Assembly (NCBI GenBank): GCA_030390025.1
Contig: CM059432.1
Span: forward strand, 114,764,001 to 114,828,000
Length of the DNA stretch: 64,000 nt
From: Squalus acanthias
Taxonomy: Eukaryota
Reading direction: 5' to 3'
A model generated the notes under the pieces. That model searched no databases, had not been told where the DNA came from, and saw only the letters and a program-made list of their open reading frames with translations. Positions 26,760 through 39,539 of this stretch are shown here, one piece after another. How positions within the stretch are numbered: position 1 is the first letter of the stretch; each line of letters starts with the position of its first letter. The translations under genes and the position numbers were made by a program.

Positions 26760-27560
26760 AGAAAAGGGCAATTAAACTGTCTAACGACGTAGGTCCATAA
26801 TCTTAAAATTAGAGCTAAGCCATTCAGAGGTGATTTCAGGATGCACTTCTTCACACAAAGGATAGTGGAAATCTGGAACTCTATCAGGCTGATACCTGGG
26901 ATGGCAGGAATGACGTATGAGGAGAGATTGGGTCGATTGGGCTTATACTCGCTGGAGTTTAGAAGAATGAGAGGGGATCTCATTGAAACTTATAAAATTC
27001 TAACAGGACTAGACAGACTAAATGCAGGAAGGATGTTCCCGATGGTCGGGGAGTCCAGAACCAGGGGTCACAGTCTAATGATAAGGGGTAAGCCATTTAG
27101 GACAGAGATGAGGAGGAATTTCTTCACCCAGAGAGTGGTGAACCTGTGGAATTCTCTACCACAGAAGGCAGTGGAGGCCAATTCATTAAATATATTCAAG
27201 AAGGAGTTAGATATATTTCTTAAGGCTAAAGGGATCAAGGGATATGGGGAAAAGGCAGGGACAGGGTACTGAATTTGGATGATCAGCCATCATCTCATTG
27301 AATGGCGGAGCAGGCTCGAGGGGCCGAATGGCCTACTCCTGCTCCTCTCTTCTATGTTTCTCCACCAAAAAGCTGTTGTGGCTAGGTCAATTAAAAGTTT
27401 CAAAATGGAGATTGATAGATTTTTGTTGGGTAAAAGTATTAAGGGATATGAAACCAAGATGGGTAGATATGGAGTTAAGATACAGATCAGCCATGATTTA
27501 ACTGAATGGCGGAACAGGCGCGAGGGGCTGAATGGCCTACTCCTGTCCCTATGTTCCTAT
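26760..27560 (+). mobile_element. CR1 3' fragment (26883-27360) nested in an older CR1 3' fragment
   Basis: Host FFTQRIVEIWNS|..QKAV is split by a copy near-identical to the reverse complement of 35182-35660; two successive CR1 3' UTRs. Confidence 0.8.
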
Positions 27561-28681
27561 TTAAGTTCCAAGATTTTTGACATTTGTACTTTCTGACCAA
27601 GATGAGGATTGACATCAATCTCTTTCAAGATGTGCTTCTTGCTGCTGTGGAAACATTTTGAATAGCTTATTTTTATTTGGTTGTGGGAGAGAACCTAAAC
27701 AGCTGCGCATAATCATCATTGCTGTTTTCATCACGCAGAAGGTGCTGTGTTTCAGCTTGATTGATGTCACCATGTTGCATGTTTGAAAACAAGCAAAAAA
27801 AAGCAGACATTCAGAAAGTTGGTGCCCCTTTGAAGCTAGGAGCAGGCTGTTCAGAAATCTCCACTAGATTCAGTGCCATGCTCACTATAAGCTAAGTTTA
27901 CAATGTAATGGGCTGACTTCCATGAGTTGCAAGCTTAATTTTTAGAAACGAAAAACCGATAACAGATGCACGTTTGGTTACATTGAGGTGTGATCAGTTG
28001 CATTATTGTGCCTCTTTTCCTCTCCTTTATAACCTGGTGCATGACTCTGCAGAATAATTTCAAAGATGATAATCACCTATTCATCCTTCACGTCAAGACC
28101 ACAGATAAAACCTGCAGCTGAAGTACATGTCAACGGAATGACTTAAAACCGTATTTCTGCATTTAAAATAGGCCAGTTACTTCCTAGTTAGTGCGACTGC
28201 TGCACAGAAATTAGATGCAGCTGAAGCAGCAAAAAAAATCACATGAAACAGTGCCCTATCAGATTTCTCTGAAAAAATTCATTCAGGTAATGTCAGGCTA
28301 TTGAATGTATGTTTGAATTTAAGGGTACATTTGATTTTTCAATTAACCATTAACCTGCACTTTTCTAAGGAAAGTTATTTCTGGTGCAACACTCAATTAC
28401 ATTTTTCTTACTGACATTGCAGGGTATCAACAGTTCCAAAACCTTATCATACTTTTGAAAGAGAAATGATTATCTATTCACGGCATTTAAAAAAGTTTCT
28501 GCATAGAGGAGAGAGGAATAGTCAATTATTCTTTTCAGAAGGAAGACAATCAGTCATGAATCATAAAGTTATGTGTAAATTTTAAAGATTTCCTTCTCAA
28601 GGAGAATAAGTTGGGACTTCACTGTTCGCTACTGTGTAGTCTGTTTATTAAAGTCTTCTCAGCTTTCTGCTGCAGCAATAT

Positions 28682-29001
28682 AAACAACTTACACCGATAA
28701 AGCACTTTTAACAAAGCCACATATCCCAAGGTGGATGAGGGGAGGGGGTGGAATTTGACACCGAGCAGATATGGGAGAGCAGTTGAAGAGGTAGGCTTCT
28801 GAGGAGACTTTTGTAGTGAGCGTGAGTTAAAGCAAGGTGGAATGGTTTTGAGACAGAATTTAAGAGTGTAGGGCCATTAAGGCAGAAAGTTCTGCCACTG
28901 ATGGTGGAGTAGGGGGGTGATATAGAGTGACTCAAATTCACAGGAGATGTAGGGTGCAAACTGGAATGCACGACTAGAGGAGGTTACAGAGGTACGATGG
29001 T
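28682..29001 (-). mobile_element. Old L2-type 3' fragment, split by the solo LTR
   Basis: Purine-rich reverse copy of the L2 3' region; continues briefly after 30278. Confidence 0.5.
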
Positions 29002-30277
29002 TGTAAGGTTTCCAAAATTTGCAGATCCCCAAAACCTAAGGAAAAAGGACTTTGGAACTACCTCAGAGTGATAAAAATGCATTTGGGCCTAACCTAAGAG
29101 ACAGTAAGACCAAAAACCAAGTTTTGGCATTTTAAAAGCATGTCTGGGCCTGTGAAGGGAGAAAAGGCTGTGAAGGAAGTTGGGTTCGACCTCTGCAATA
29201 GTAGTTTTGGGTATTGCAATTAAATTGCATTGTCTGGGGAATCGGGATGACCTCACTCAAGCCCCAGCAAGCATTAACATTTTGACAACAGACCCTAGGA
29301 GGAGACAGCCCCACCCAAAACAACAGGTCCCATCAAACCGATTACAGAACCCATTAAAGACATGCATAAAGATAGAAGTCCTAGGCCCAGTCAAGAAACC
29401 CAAAACATGAGGACAATTCAAACTCCGATTAAACAACAGATCGACAGGATGGAGCTATCCGGAAACCACTTCACACATTTACAAAACCAGTTAACATGCT
29501 AGTAAAGTCGTTACTGTTAACGAGGTCTTACAATGACCGGGATTTGATTGGGGTAGATAAGGCCACTTCAATTTAGTATAATTGAAGGCCCATCAAACAG
29601 TAAAAACAGTTCAAGTTCAACAGAAGGCAGTTCTGCAGTTCAATCGAAAAGCCTGTTTTCAGCAGAAGTCAGGGCTGGAGTTACAGAGTTCAGGAGAAGC
29701 AAGGAAGAAGCAGCAAGGAGTTCCACAGTTCTGCAAGAAGGCAGTTCCACAGCTCAGAGGAAGACAGTTTAAACAGAGGCAGAGTTCAACAGAAAGAAGT
29801 ACAACAGAAAGAAGTACAACAAAGGCGGCCAGCAGTTCAAGAAACCAGAGCGACCGCCTCAGTGACCATCGGACACCTTGCGGCAACAAGGGCCTTACGA
29901 AACCTTTTACTCAAAAGACTCTAAACCCTAACTCTCAACTGTCAAGAACTGTCATTTGGTGAGCATTATCCCTGATCTTCTGGAATCAACCCTAGCTAGG
30001 CAGTGGGAATTGGGAGGGATAAGGGTTTTTGTATATTGTAATTCTCCCTCGCCTGTACCGTGTGTTCCCCAACCTGTGTTTAAGCATTAAGTGTGTTTTA
30101 AGTTTGTTACCTTTTTCTTTAATAAAAGTCAAAATTCTTTCATCAAAACCTGTTGTCTACTGCACCTTTGTTCACAACCCCCAAATAAGTCCAAGGTCTA
30201 GAACCAGGGGCGTGGGAGCAATTCGAACCGCTCACTGAGTCAGAGGTGAACCTGACCCCCACACACCACCCCCTACA
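29002..30277 (+). mobile_element. Solo LTR (Gypsy- or ERV1-type), 1276 bp
   Basis: TGTAAGG...CCCCTACA termini, perfect 4-bp TSD TGGT (28998-29001, 30278-30281), TATA-like TATAA at ~29577, AATAAA at 30121-30126; no internal coding region. Confidence 0.8.
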
Positions 30278-32386
30278 TGGTCATGGACAAAGATATTGAA
30301 AGCAATGCATTGGGGTTGGAGAGCAGGCTTCCATGTAAATGGCCAATAAAGTCAAAACATTTAGGGCAATTATAGGATTGTCCTGTTGTCAGTTTTTTTC
30401 TTTCAATTTTTTTAGGTGATTTATTTTTAACTTATGAAGCATTCTGACAATAAGCTTGGCTCTTTCAAAGGAGATACTTTCATTTAAAAGAACCTTTACT
30501 GGTTCAAGAACTGCTCCTTAGCTCTTGTGTTTGGTGCTATATACACATAGATACCCAGGTACAGGTAATTGCTGAGTCTGTGCTCAGAGCCTTGTTCTCA
30601 AAGTTTGTAATTAGGCTAGCTGCATATCGAAACTAGCTCCTTCAGCTTAGTAATTTACCTGGTTACATATCTCCCTTTTGTTTTGTTTCAAGTTTGTTTA
30701 AGTTGACCATTGTCCTTCAAAAGTTCAGCACAATTAGATCAAACCCTTTTCCTAGCATGAACTACTTATTACTATTGGAGCATTTTATAATAAGTTAGCT
30801 CAAATGAATCAACAATAAACAAACAAGAAACCATAAGGTAACAAAATATTTCAGGTGAGCTGGCTTGTAAATAGTCTTCCCAGATTTTGCCAGTTTCCTG
30901 TGACCTTGACTGGTCATCAGTTCTGAGGTTATATAGTGGTTATGTTACTGGACTAGTATTGAGGCCTCATGAGGCATGCTCTAATGATCCGGAGACATGA
31001 GTTCAAACCCCACCACGGCAGCTGGGGAATTTAAATTCAGTTAATTAAATAAATCTGGAATAAAAAGCTAGCATCAGTAATGGTGACCTTGAAACTACCG
31101 GATTGTCGTAAAAACCTATCTGGTTCACTAATGCCCTTTAGGGAAGAAAATCAGCCGTCCTATATGTGACTCCAGACCCACAGCAATGTGGTTGACTCTT
31201 AACTGTTCTCTGTAATGGCCTAGCAAGGCACTCAGTTGTACCAAACTGCTATGACAAAGTATAATAAGAATAAAACCGGACCTAGGCATCAGATTTGGAC
31301 ATGACAAAGGCACACCCAGCCCAGTAGACCCTGCAAAGTCCTCCTCACTAACATCTGGGGACTTGTGCATAAATTGGGAGAGCTGTCTCACAGACTAGTC
31401 AAGCAACAACCTGACATGGTCATACATTTCAGCCAACATCCCAGACTCCTCCATCATCGTGCCTGGGTACGTCCTGTCCCACCAGCAGGACAGACCCAGC
31501 AGAGATGGTGGTACCATGGTATACAGTCGGGAAGGAGTGGCCCTGGAAGTCCTCAACATTGACTCCGGACCCCATGAAATCTCATGGCATCAGGTCAAAC
31601 ATGGGTAAGGAAACTTCCTGCTGATTTACACCTACTGTCCTCCCTCAGCTGATGAATCAGTACTCCTCCATGTTGAATACCACTTGGAAGAAGCACTAAG
31701 GGTAGCAAGGACACAGAATGTGGTTGGGATCTTCAATGTCCCTCACCAAGAGTGGCTCAGTAGCTCCATTACTGACATAGCTGCCAGACTGGGCCTGTGG
31801 CAGATGATGAGAACACCAACACGAGGGAAAAACCTACTTGACCTCGACCTCACCAATCTACCTGTCCATGGCAGTATTGGTAGGAGTGACCACTGCACAA
31901 TCTTTGTAGAGACGAAGTCCCATCTTCACACTGAGGACACCCTCCATCGTATTGTGTGGCACTACCACCATGTTAAATGGGATAGAATCAGAACAGATCT
32001 AGCAGCTCAAAACTGGGCATCCATGTGGCACTGTGGGCCATCAGCAGCAGCAGAATTGTACTCCACCATAATCTGTAACCTCATGGCCCAGCTTACTCAA
32101 TCATTACCATCAAGCCAGAGGACCAACCCTGGTTCAATCAGGAGTACAGAAGAGCATGCCAGGAGCAGCACCAGGCATTCCTAAAAATTAGGTGCCAATC
32201 TGGGGAAGCTGCAACACAGGACTACATGCATGCTGAACATCGGAAGCAGCATGCTATAGACAGGGCTAAGTGATCCCACAACCAACGGATCAAATCAAAG
32301 GTCTGCAGTCCTGCCACATCCAGTCATGAATGGTGGTGAACAATTAAACAACTAACGGGAGGAGGAGGCTCCATGAACATCCCCAT

Positions 32387-32948
32387 AAGAACATAAGAAA
32401 TAGGAGCAGGCCATTTGGCCTTTCGTGCCTGCGCTGCCATTCAATAAGATCATGGCTGATCTTCTACCTCATCTTCACTTTCCTGCACTATTCCTAAATC
32501 CATTGATTCCCTTAATATTCAAAAATTTATCGATCTCTGTCTTGAATATACTCAACGACTGAGCCTCCACAGCCCTCTGGGGTAGAGAATTCCAAAGATT
32601 CACCACCCTCTGAGTGAAGAAATTTCTCCTCATCTCAGTCCTAAATGGCCGACCCCTTATTCTGAGACTGTGACCCCTGGTTCTAGACTCTCCAGCCAGG
32701 GGAAACAGCCTCCCTACATCTACCCTGTCAAGCCCTGTAAGAATTTTGTCTGTTTCAATGAGATCACCTCTCATTCTTCTAAACTCCAGAGAATATAGGC
32801 CCAGTCTACTCAATCTGTCCTCATAGGACAATCCCCCCATCCCAGGTACCAGTCTGGTGAACCTTCGTGACACTCCCTCTATGGCAAGTATATCCTTCCT
32901 TAGGTGAGGAGACCAAAACTGTACACAATATTCCAGGTGTGGTCTCTG
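32387..32948 (-). mobile_element. CR1 3' fragment nested in the tRNA-headed LINE
   Basis: CR1 C-terminal ORF and (CATAAGAA)n tail; CCAT duplicated on both sides. Confidence 0.85.
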
Positions 32949-33917
32949 CCATCTTCAATGATGGCAGAGCCCAGTATGGGCAACCATCTCAGCCATAAGT
33001 GTCGAGTGGATGATCCATCTCTGCCTACTCCTGAGGTCCACACCATCACAGAAGCCAATCGTCAGCCATTTTGATTCACTTCAGGTGATATCAAGAAACG
33101 GCTGAGCGCACTGGATACAACAAAGGCGATGGGCCCCGACAACATCCCGGCAGCAGTGCTGAAGACTTATGCTCCAGAACTAGCCGTGCCTCTAGCCAAG
33201 CTATTCCAGTACTGATACAACACTGGCACTGGAAAACTGCCCAGGTATGTCCTGTCCACAAAAAGCAGGACAAATCCAATCCGGCCAATTACCGCCTTAT
33301 CAGTCTACTCTCAATCATCAGCAAAGTGATGGAAGAGGTCAATGACAGTGCTATCAAGTGGCACTTACTCACCAATAACCTCTTCACCAATGCTCATTTT
33401 GGGTTCTGCCAGGACCATTGGTCCAAACATGGACAAAATAGCTGAATTCTAGAGGTGAGGTGAGAGTGCCTGCCCTTGACATCAAGGCAGCATTTGACTG
33501 AGTGTGGCATCTAGGAGTCCCAGTAAAATTGAAGTAAATGGGAATCAGGGGAAAAATCTTCACTGGCTAGCATCATACCTAGCACAAAGGAATATGGTTG
33601 AAGTTATTGGAGGCCAATCATCTCAGCCCCAGGACATCGCTGCAGGAGTTCTTCAGGGCAGTGTCCTAGGCCCAACCATCTTCAGCTGCTTCATCAATGA
33701 CCTTCCCTCCATCATAAGGTCAGAAGTGGGGATGTTCGCTGATGACTCCACAGTGTTCAGTTCCATTTGCAACTTCTCAGATAAAGAAGCAATCCGTGCC
33801 CACATGCAGCAAACCTGGACAACATTGAGGCTTGGGCTGATAAGTGGCAAGTAACATCCATGCCACACAAGTGCCAAGCAACGAGTATCTCCAACATGAG
33901 AGAGTCAAACCACGTCC

Positions 33918-36900
33918 TCTTGTTCAAAAAGGGTAGTAGGGATAAACCAGGGAATTACAGGCCAGTGAGCCTAACATCAGTGGTAGGGAAATTATTGGAA
34001 AAAATTCTGAGGGACAGAATTAGTCTCCACTTGGAGAGGCAGGGATTAATCAGGGATAGTCAGCATAGCTTTGTCAGGGGGAGATCATGTCTGACCAATT
34101 TGATTGGTGACTAGGTGTGTGGATGAGGGTAGTGCAGTTGATGTAGTCTATATGGACTTCAGTAAGGCTTTTGACAAAGTCCCGCATGGGAGACTGGTCA
34201 AGAAGGTAAGAGCCCATGGGATCCAGGGCAATTTCGCACATTGGATCCAAAATTGGCTTAGTGGCAGGAGGCAGAGGGTGATGGTCGAAGGTTGTTTTTG
34301 TGACTGGAAGCCTATGTCCAGTGGTGTACCGCAGGGATCGGTGCTGGGTCCTTTGCTGTTTGTAGTGTACATTAATGATTTAGATATGAATGTAGGAGGT
34401 ATGATCAGTAAGTTCGCAGATGACACAAAAATTGGTGGAGTGGTAAATAGCGAGGAGGGAAGCCTCAGGCTACAGGACGATATAGACGGGATGGTTAGAT
34501 GGGCAGAACAGTGGCAAATGGAATTTAACCCTGAAAAGTGTGAGGTGATGCATTTTGGGAGGACTAACAAGGCAATGGTAGAACCCTAGGAAGGGCAGAG
34601 GATCAGAGGGACCTTGGTGTGCATGTACATAGATCCCAGAAGGCAGCAGGACAGGTAGATAAGGTGGTTAAAAAGGCATATGGGATACTTGCCTTCATTA
34701 GCCGAGGCATAGAATATAAGAGCAGAGAGGTTATGATGGAGCTGTACAAAACGCTAGTTAGGCCACAGCTGGAATACTGTGTGCAGTTCCGGTTGCCACA
34801 CTATAGGAGGGATGTGATTGCATTGGAGAGGGTGCAGAGGAGATTCACCAGGATGTTACCTGGGCTGGAGCGCTTCAGCTATGAAGAGAGACTGGACAGG
34901 CTGGGGTTGTTTTCCTTAGAGCAGAGAAGGCTGAGGGGGGACCTGATTGAGGTGTACAAAATTATGAGGGGCATAGATAGGGTAGATAGAAAGGAACTTT
35001 TCCCCTTAGTAGAGGGGTCAATAACCAGGGGGCATAGTTTCAAGGTAAAGGGCACGAGGTTTAGAGGGGATTTTTGGAAAAACTTTTTCACCCAGAGGGT
35101 GGTTGGAATCTGGAACTCACTGCCTGAAAGGGTGGTAGAGGCAGGAACCTTCACAACATTCAAGAAGCATTTAGATGAGCATAGAAACAACGAAGAAAGG
35201 AGCAGGAGTAGGCCAATTGGCCCCTCGAGCCTGTTACGCCATTTAATGAGATCATGGCTGATTATCCAAATTCAGTACCCTGTCCCTGCTTTCTCCCCAT
35301 ACCCCTTGATCCCTTTAGCCTTAAGAAATATATCTAACTCCTTCTTGAATATATTTAATGAATTGGCCTCAACTGCCTTCTGTGGTAGAGAATTCCACAG
35401 GTTCACCACTCTATGGGTAAAGAAATTCCTCCTCATCTCTGTGCTAAATGGCTTACCACTTATCCTTAGACTGTGACCCCTGGTTCTGGACTCCCCCCGC
35501 CATCGGGAACATCCTTCCTGCATCTAGTTTGTCTAGTCCTGTTAGAATTTTATAAGTTTCAATGAGATCACCTCTCATTCTTCTAAACTCTAGCGAATAT
35601 AAGCCTAATCAACCCAATCTCTCTTCATACGTCATTCCTGCCATCCCAGGTATCAGTCTGGTGAATCTTCGCTGCACTCCCTCCATGGCAAGAACATCCT
35701 TCCTCAGATAAGGCGACCAAAACTGCACACAATACTCAAGGTGTGGTCTCACCAAGGCCCTGTACAACTGCAGCAAGACATCCTTGCTCCTGTAATCGAA
35801 TTCTCTCGCTATGAAGGCCAACATACCATTTGCCTTCTTAACCGCCTGCTGCACCTGCATGCTTACCTTCAGCGACTGGTGCACAAGGACACCCAGGTCT
35901 CGTTGCAGTTCCCCTTTTCCCAATCTATTGCCGTTCAGATAATAATCTGCCTTCCTGTTTTTGCCACCAAAGTGGATAACCTCGCATTTATCCACATTAT
36001 ACTGCATCTGCCCAATCACCCAACCTGTCCAAATCATACTGGAGTTTCTCTGCATCTCCTCACAGCACACATGCCCACCCAGCTTTGTGTCGTCTGCAAA
36101 CTTGGAGATATTACATCTAGTTCCCTCGTCTAGATCATTAATATATATTGTGAATAGCTGGGGTCCTAGCACCGATCCCTGCCGTACCCCACTAGTCACT
36201 GCCCGCCACTCGGAAAAAGACCCGTTTATTCCAACTCTTTGCTTCCTGTCTGCCAACCAGTTCTCTATCCAAGTCAGTACCTTACCCCCAATTCCATGTG
36301 CTTTAACTTTGCACGCTAATCTCTTATGCGGGACCTTATCAAAAGCCTTCTGAAAGTCCAAATACACCACATCCACTGGTTCTCCCTTATCCATTCTACC
36401 AGTTACATCCTCAAAAAATTCCAGTGGATTAGTCAAGCATGATTTACCTTTTGTAAATCCATGTTGACTTTGTCCGATCCTGTCACTGTTTTCCAAGTGC
36501 TCTGCTATTACATCTTTTATAATGGACTCTAGCATTTTCCCCACTACGGATGTCAGGCTTACCGGTCTATAATTCCCCATTTTCTCTCTACCACCTTTTT
36601 TAAATAGTGGGGTTACATTAGCTACCCTCCAATCCATGGGAACTGTGCCAGAGTCTATAGAATTTTGGAAGATGACCAGCAATGCATCTACTATTTCTAG
36701 GGCCACTTCCTTAAGTACCCTAGGATGTAGATTTTCAGGCCCTGGGGATTTATCGGCCTTCAATCCAGTCAATTTCCCTAACACCATTTCCCTACAAATA
36801 CTGATTTCATTCAATTCCTCCCTCTCATTAGACCCTATGTTCTCCGACATCTCTGGGAGGTTATTTGTGTCCTCCTTTGTAAAGACAGAACCAAAGTATG

Positions 36901-38116
36901 TATTTAATTGGTCTGCCATTTCTTTGTTCCCCATTATAAATCCCCCTGATTCTGACTGCAAGGGACCTAGGCTTGACGTCATCAATCTTTTTCTCTTCAC
37001 ATATCTATAGAAGCTTTTACAGTCAGTTTTTATGTTCCCTGCAAGCTTACTCTCATATTCTATTTCCCCCCTCTTAATTAATCCCTTTGTCCTCCTTTGC
37101 TGAATCCTAAACTGCTCCCAATCCTCAGGTTTGCTGCTTTTTCTGGCCAATTTATATGTCCTCTCCTTGGATCTTATGCTATCCCTAATTTCCCTTGTTA
37201 GCCACGGTTGAGTCACCTTTTTTGTTTTATTTTTATGCCAAACACGGATGAACAAATTCTGTAGTTCATCCATGCGATCTTTAAATGTTTGCCATTGCCT
37301 ATCCACTGTCAACCCTTTAAGTAACGCTCCTCAATCCATCCTAGCCAACTCGCGCCTCATACCATCGTAGTTTCCTTTATTTAAATTCAGGACCCTAGTC
37401 TCTGAGTCAACTACTTCACTCTCCATTTTAATGAAGAATTCTATCATATTATGATCGCTCCTCCCCAAGGGGCCTCGCACAACAAGATTGCTAATGAATC
37501 CTTTCTCATTACATAATACCCAGTCTAAGATGGCCTGATCTCTAGTTGGTTCCTCGACATATTGGTCCAGGAAACCATCCCGTATACACTCTAGGAATTC
37601 CTCCTCCACAGTATTGTTACTAATTTGGTTAGCCCAATCTGTATGTAGATTAAAGTCACCCATGATAACTGCTGTGCCCTTATTGCACGCGTCTCTAATT
37701 TCCCATTTAATGCCATCCCCAACCTCAGCATTACTGTTTGGGGATCTGTAAACAACTCCCACTAACGTTTTCTGCCCCTTGGTATTTCTCAGCTCTACCC
37801 ATACAGATTCCACATCATCAGAGCTAATATCCTTCCTTACTATTGTGTTAATCTCCTCTTTAACCAGCAATGCTACCCCACCTCCTTTTCCTTTTTGCCT
37901 GTCCTTCCTGAATATTGAATACCCCTGGATGCTTAAATCCCAGCCTTGGTCACCCTGGAGCCATGTCTCCGTAATTATATCACTTGAAACGCCATAGCAT
38001 ACAAGTCTACGGACCAAGTGCTGGAAAATGGGATTAGAATAGACAGGGCTTGATGGCCGGCAAGGACACGATGGGCCGAAGGGCCTCTTTCTGTGCTGTA
38101 TAACTCTATGACTATG
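33918..38116 (+). mobile_element. 5'-truncated CR1 (subfamily with CTATGA tail) nested in the tRNA-headed LINE, itself split at 35181/37981
   Basis: RT ORFs 33860-35180; GATGAGCA|CACTTGAAACG rejoins across the inner insertion; tail ACTCTATGACTATGAC. Confidence 0.85.
35182..37980 (-). mobile_element. Relatively well-preserved 5'-truncated CR1, innermost element of a three-level nest
   Basis: APE (ITETW, GDFN, SDH) and a 567-aa RT ORF 35609-37312 with FADD; CR1 3' UTR at 35182-35270. Confidence 0.92.
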
Positions 38117-39539
38117 ACATTCAATGGCATTACCATCATCGAATCCCCTACCATCAACATCCTGGGGGTCACCACTGACCATAAACTTAACTGGACCAGC
38201 CACATAAATACTGTGGCTACAAGAGCAGGTCAGAAGCTGGGTATTCTGCGGCAAGTGACTCACCTCCTGACTCCCCAAAGCCTTTCCACCATCTACAAGG
38301 CACAACTCAGGAGTGCGATGGAATACGCTCCACTTGCCTGGATGAGTTTAGCTCCAACAACACAAAAAGCTCGACACCATCCAGGACAAAGCAGCCCGCT
38401 TGATTAGTACCCCATCTGCCACCTTAAACATTCACTCCATCCACCACTGGCGCACCGTGGCTGCATGTGTACTAGCTACATGATGCACTACAGCAACTCA
38501 CTAAGGCTTCTTCAACAGCACCTCCCAATCCCACGACCTCTACCACCTAGAAGGGCAAGGGCAGCAAGCGCATGGGAACATCACCACCTCCAAGTTCCCC
38601 TCCAAGTTACACACCATTCTGACTTGGAAATAGATCGCCGTTCCTTCATCGTCGCTGGGTCAAAATCCTGGAACTCCCTACCTAACAGCACTGTGGGAGT
38701 ACCTTCACCACACAGACTGCAGCGGTTCAAGAAGGCGGCTTACCATCACCTTCTGAAGGGCAATTATGGATGGGCAATAATGCTGGCCTTGACAATGACG
38801 CCCACATCCTGTGAATGATGAAAAAAAATTCCATATTGCACCAGTGTGGCATTTTACACTTCCCACCTTTCCTAGCCATCCTTATGACCTTTCTGAGTGA
38901 ACTTCTCAATTTAGTACCAAGTAATATATAATTAGGGACAGATTCGTGCTGCGGCCCATGTCTACTGGTGACTGGATTGAAAGAGTCTCAACCCATTTCA
39001 TATGGCACCCATCATGGGAACAGGGCGAGACCATCATCCTTTCACAGTTTTATTGAACTTGAAGACAAGCCACAGTGGTGAAAAAATAACGTGCAACCCT
39101 ATTATGCTTCCAACTCTTCTGACTACTGCAACAACATTAAAAATTAATTATCAGCAATTTACAGAACATCCTTATACAGAAAGGAAACAATCTCGCCCTC
39201 CAAATTAAAGAAAAACAGTAAGTTAAAGTCCTCTTCTGACTGTTTTTCAAATAACTGATCTTGGTATTTTCACTGATTTACAAAAGGAAAATTTGCTACT
39301 CTTGCAATTATATTGCCAACAAGAATGTGTATGTTTACTTTGTGTGCCGTTTTGACAATGCAGTTGTTTTTCAGATGCATGGACTAAGCAGAAAACAACT
39401 GTACAATCCTCCCTCCTGTGGCTTTCAGGCAGTCTGTGGCGCAGTGGCAATCACGGTTCATTGTTACAACTGTTATGCCAACTGACCCAATTGCAAGATG
39501 GAGAGAGTTGAGTTAAGGTGTGAAATTATTCTAAAACAG

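Larger units (their letters stand above)
30926..38828 (+). mobile_element. Decayed single-ORF non-LTR retrotransposon (CR1/L2 group) with tRNA-like head; pieces 30926-32386, 32949-33917, 38117-38828
   Basis: Head with B box GTTCAAACC (31001); APE motifs LTNIWGL, LLDL..TN, GRSDH; RT motifs [32 protein letters not shown]-terminal LGVT.D..LNW..HI; tail GGGCAATAATGCTGGCC...GAATGATG(A)8. Confidence 0.8.

Noticed and set aside
29582..29962. 126-aa Q/K-rich ORF
   Set aside because: Low-complexity tract inside the solo LTR
34619..35476. 285-aa ORF with an unusual C-terminus
   Set aside because: CR1 ORF2 read-through into an antisense CR1 3' end at 35182
37331..38305. 324-aa ORF as a novel endonuclease fusion
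   Set aside because: Reads across the junctions of three nested elements; only the C-terminal part is CR1 APE
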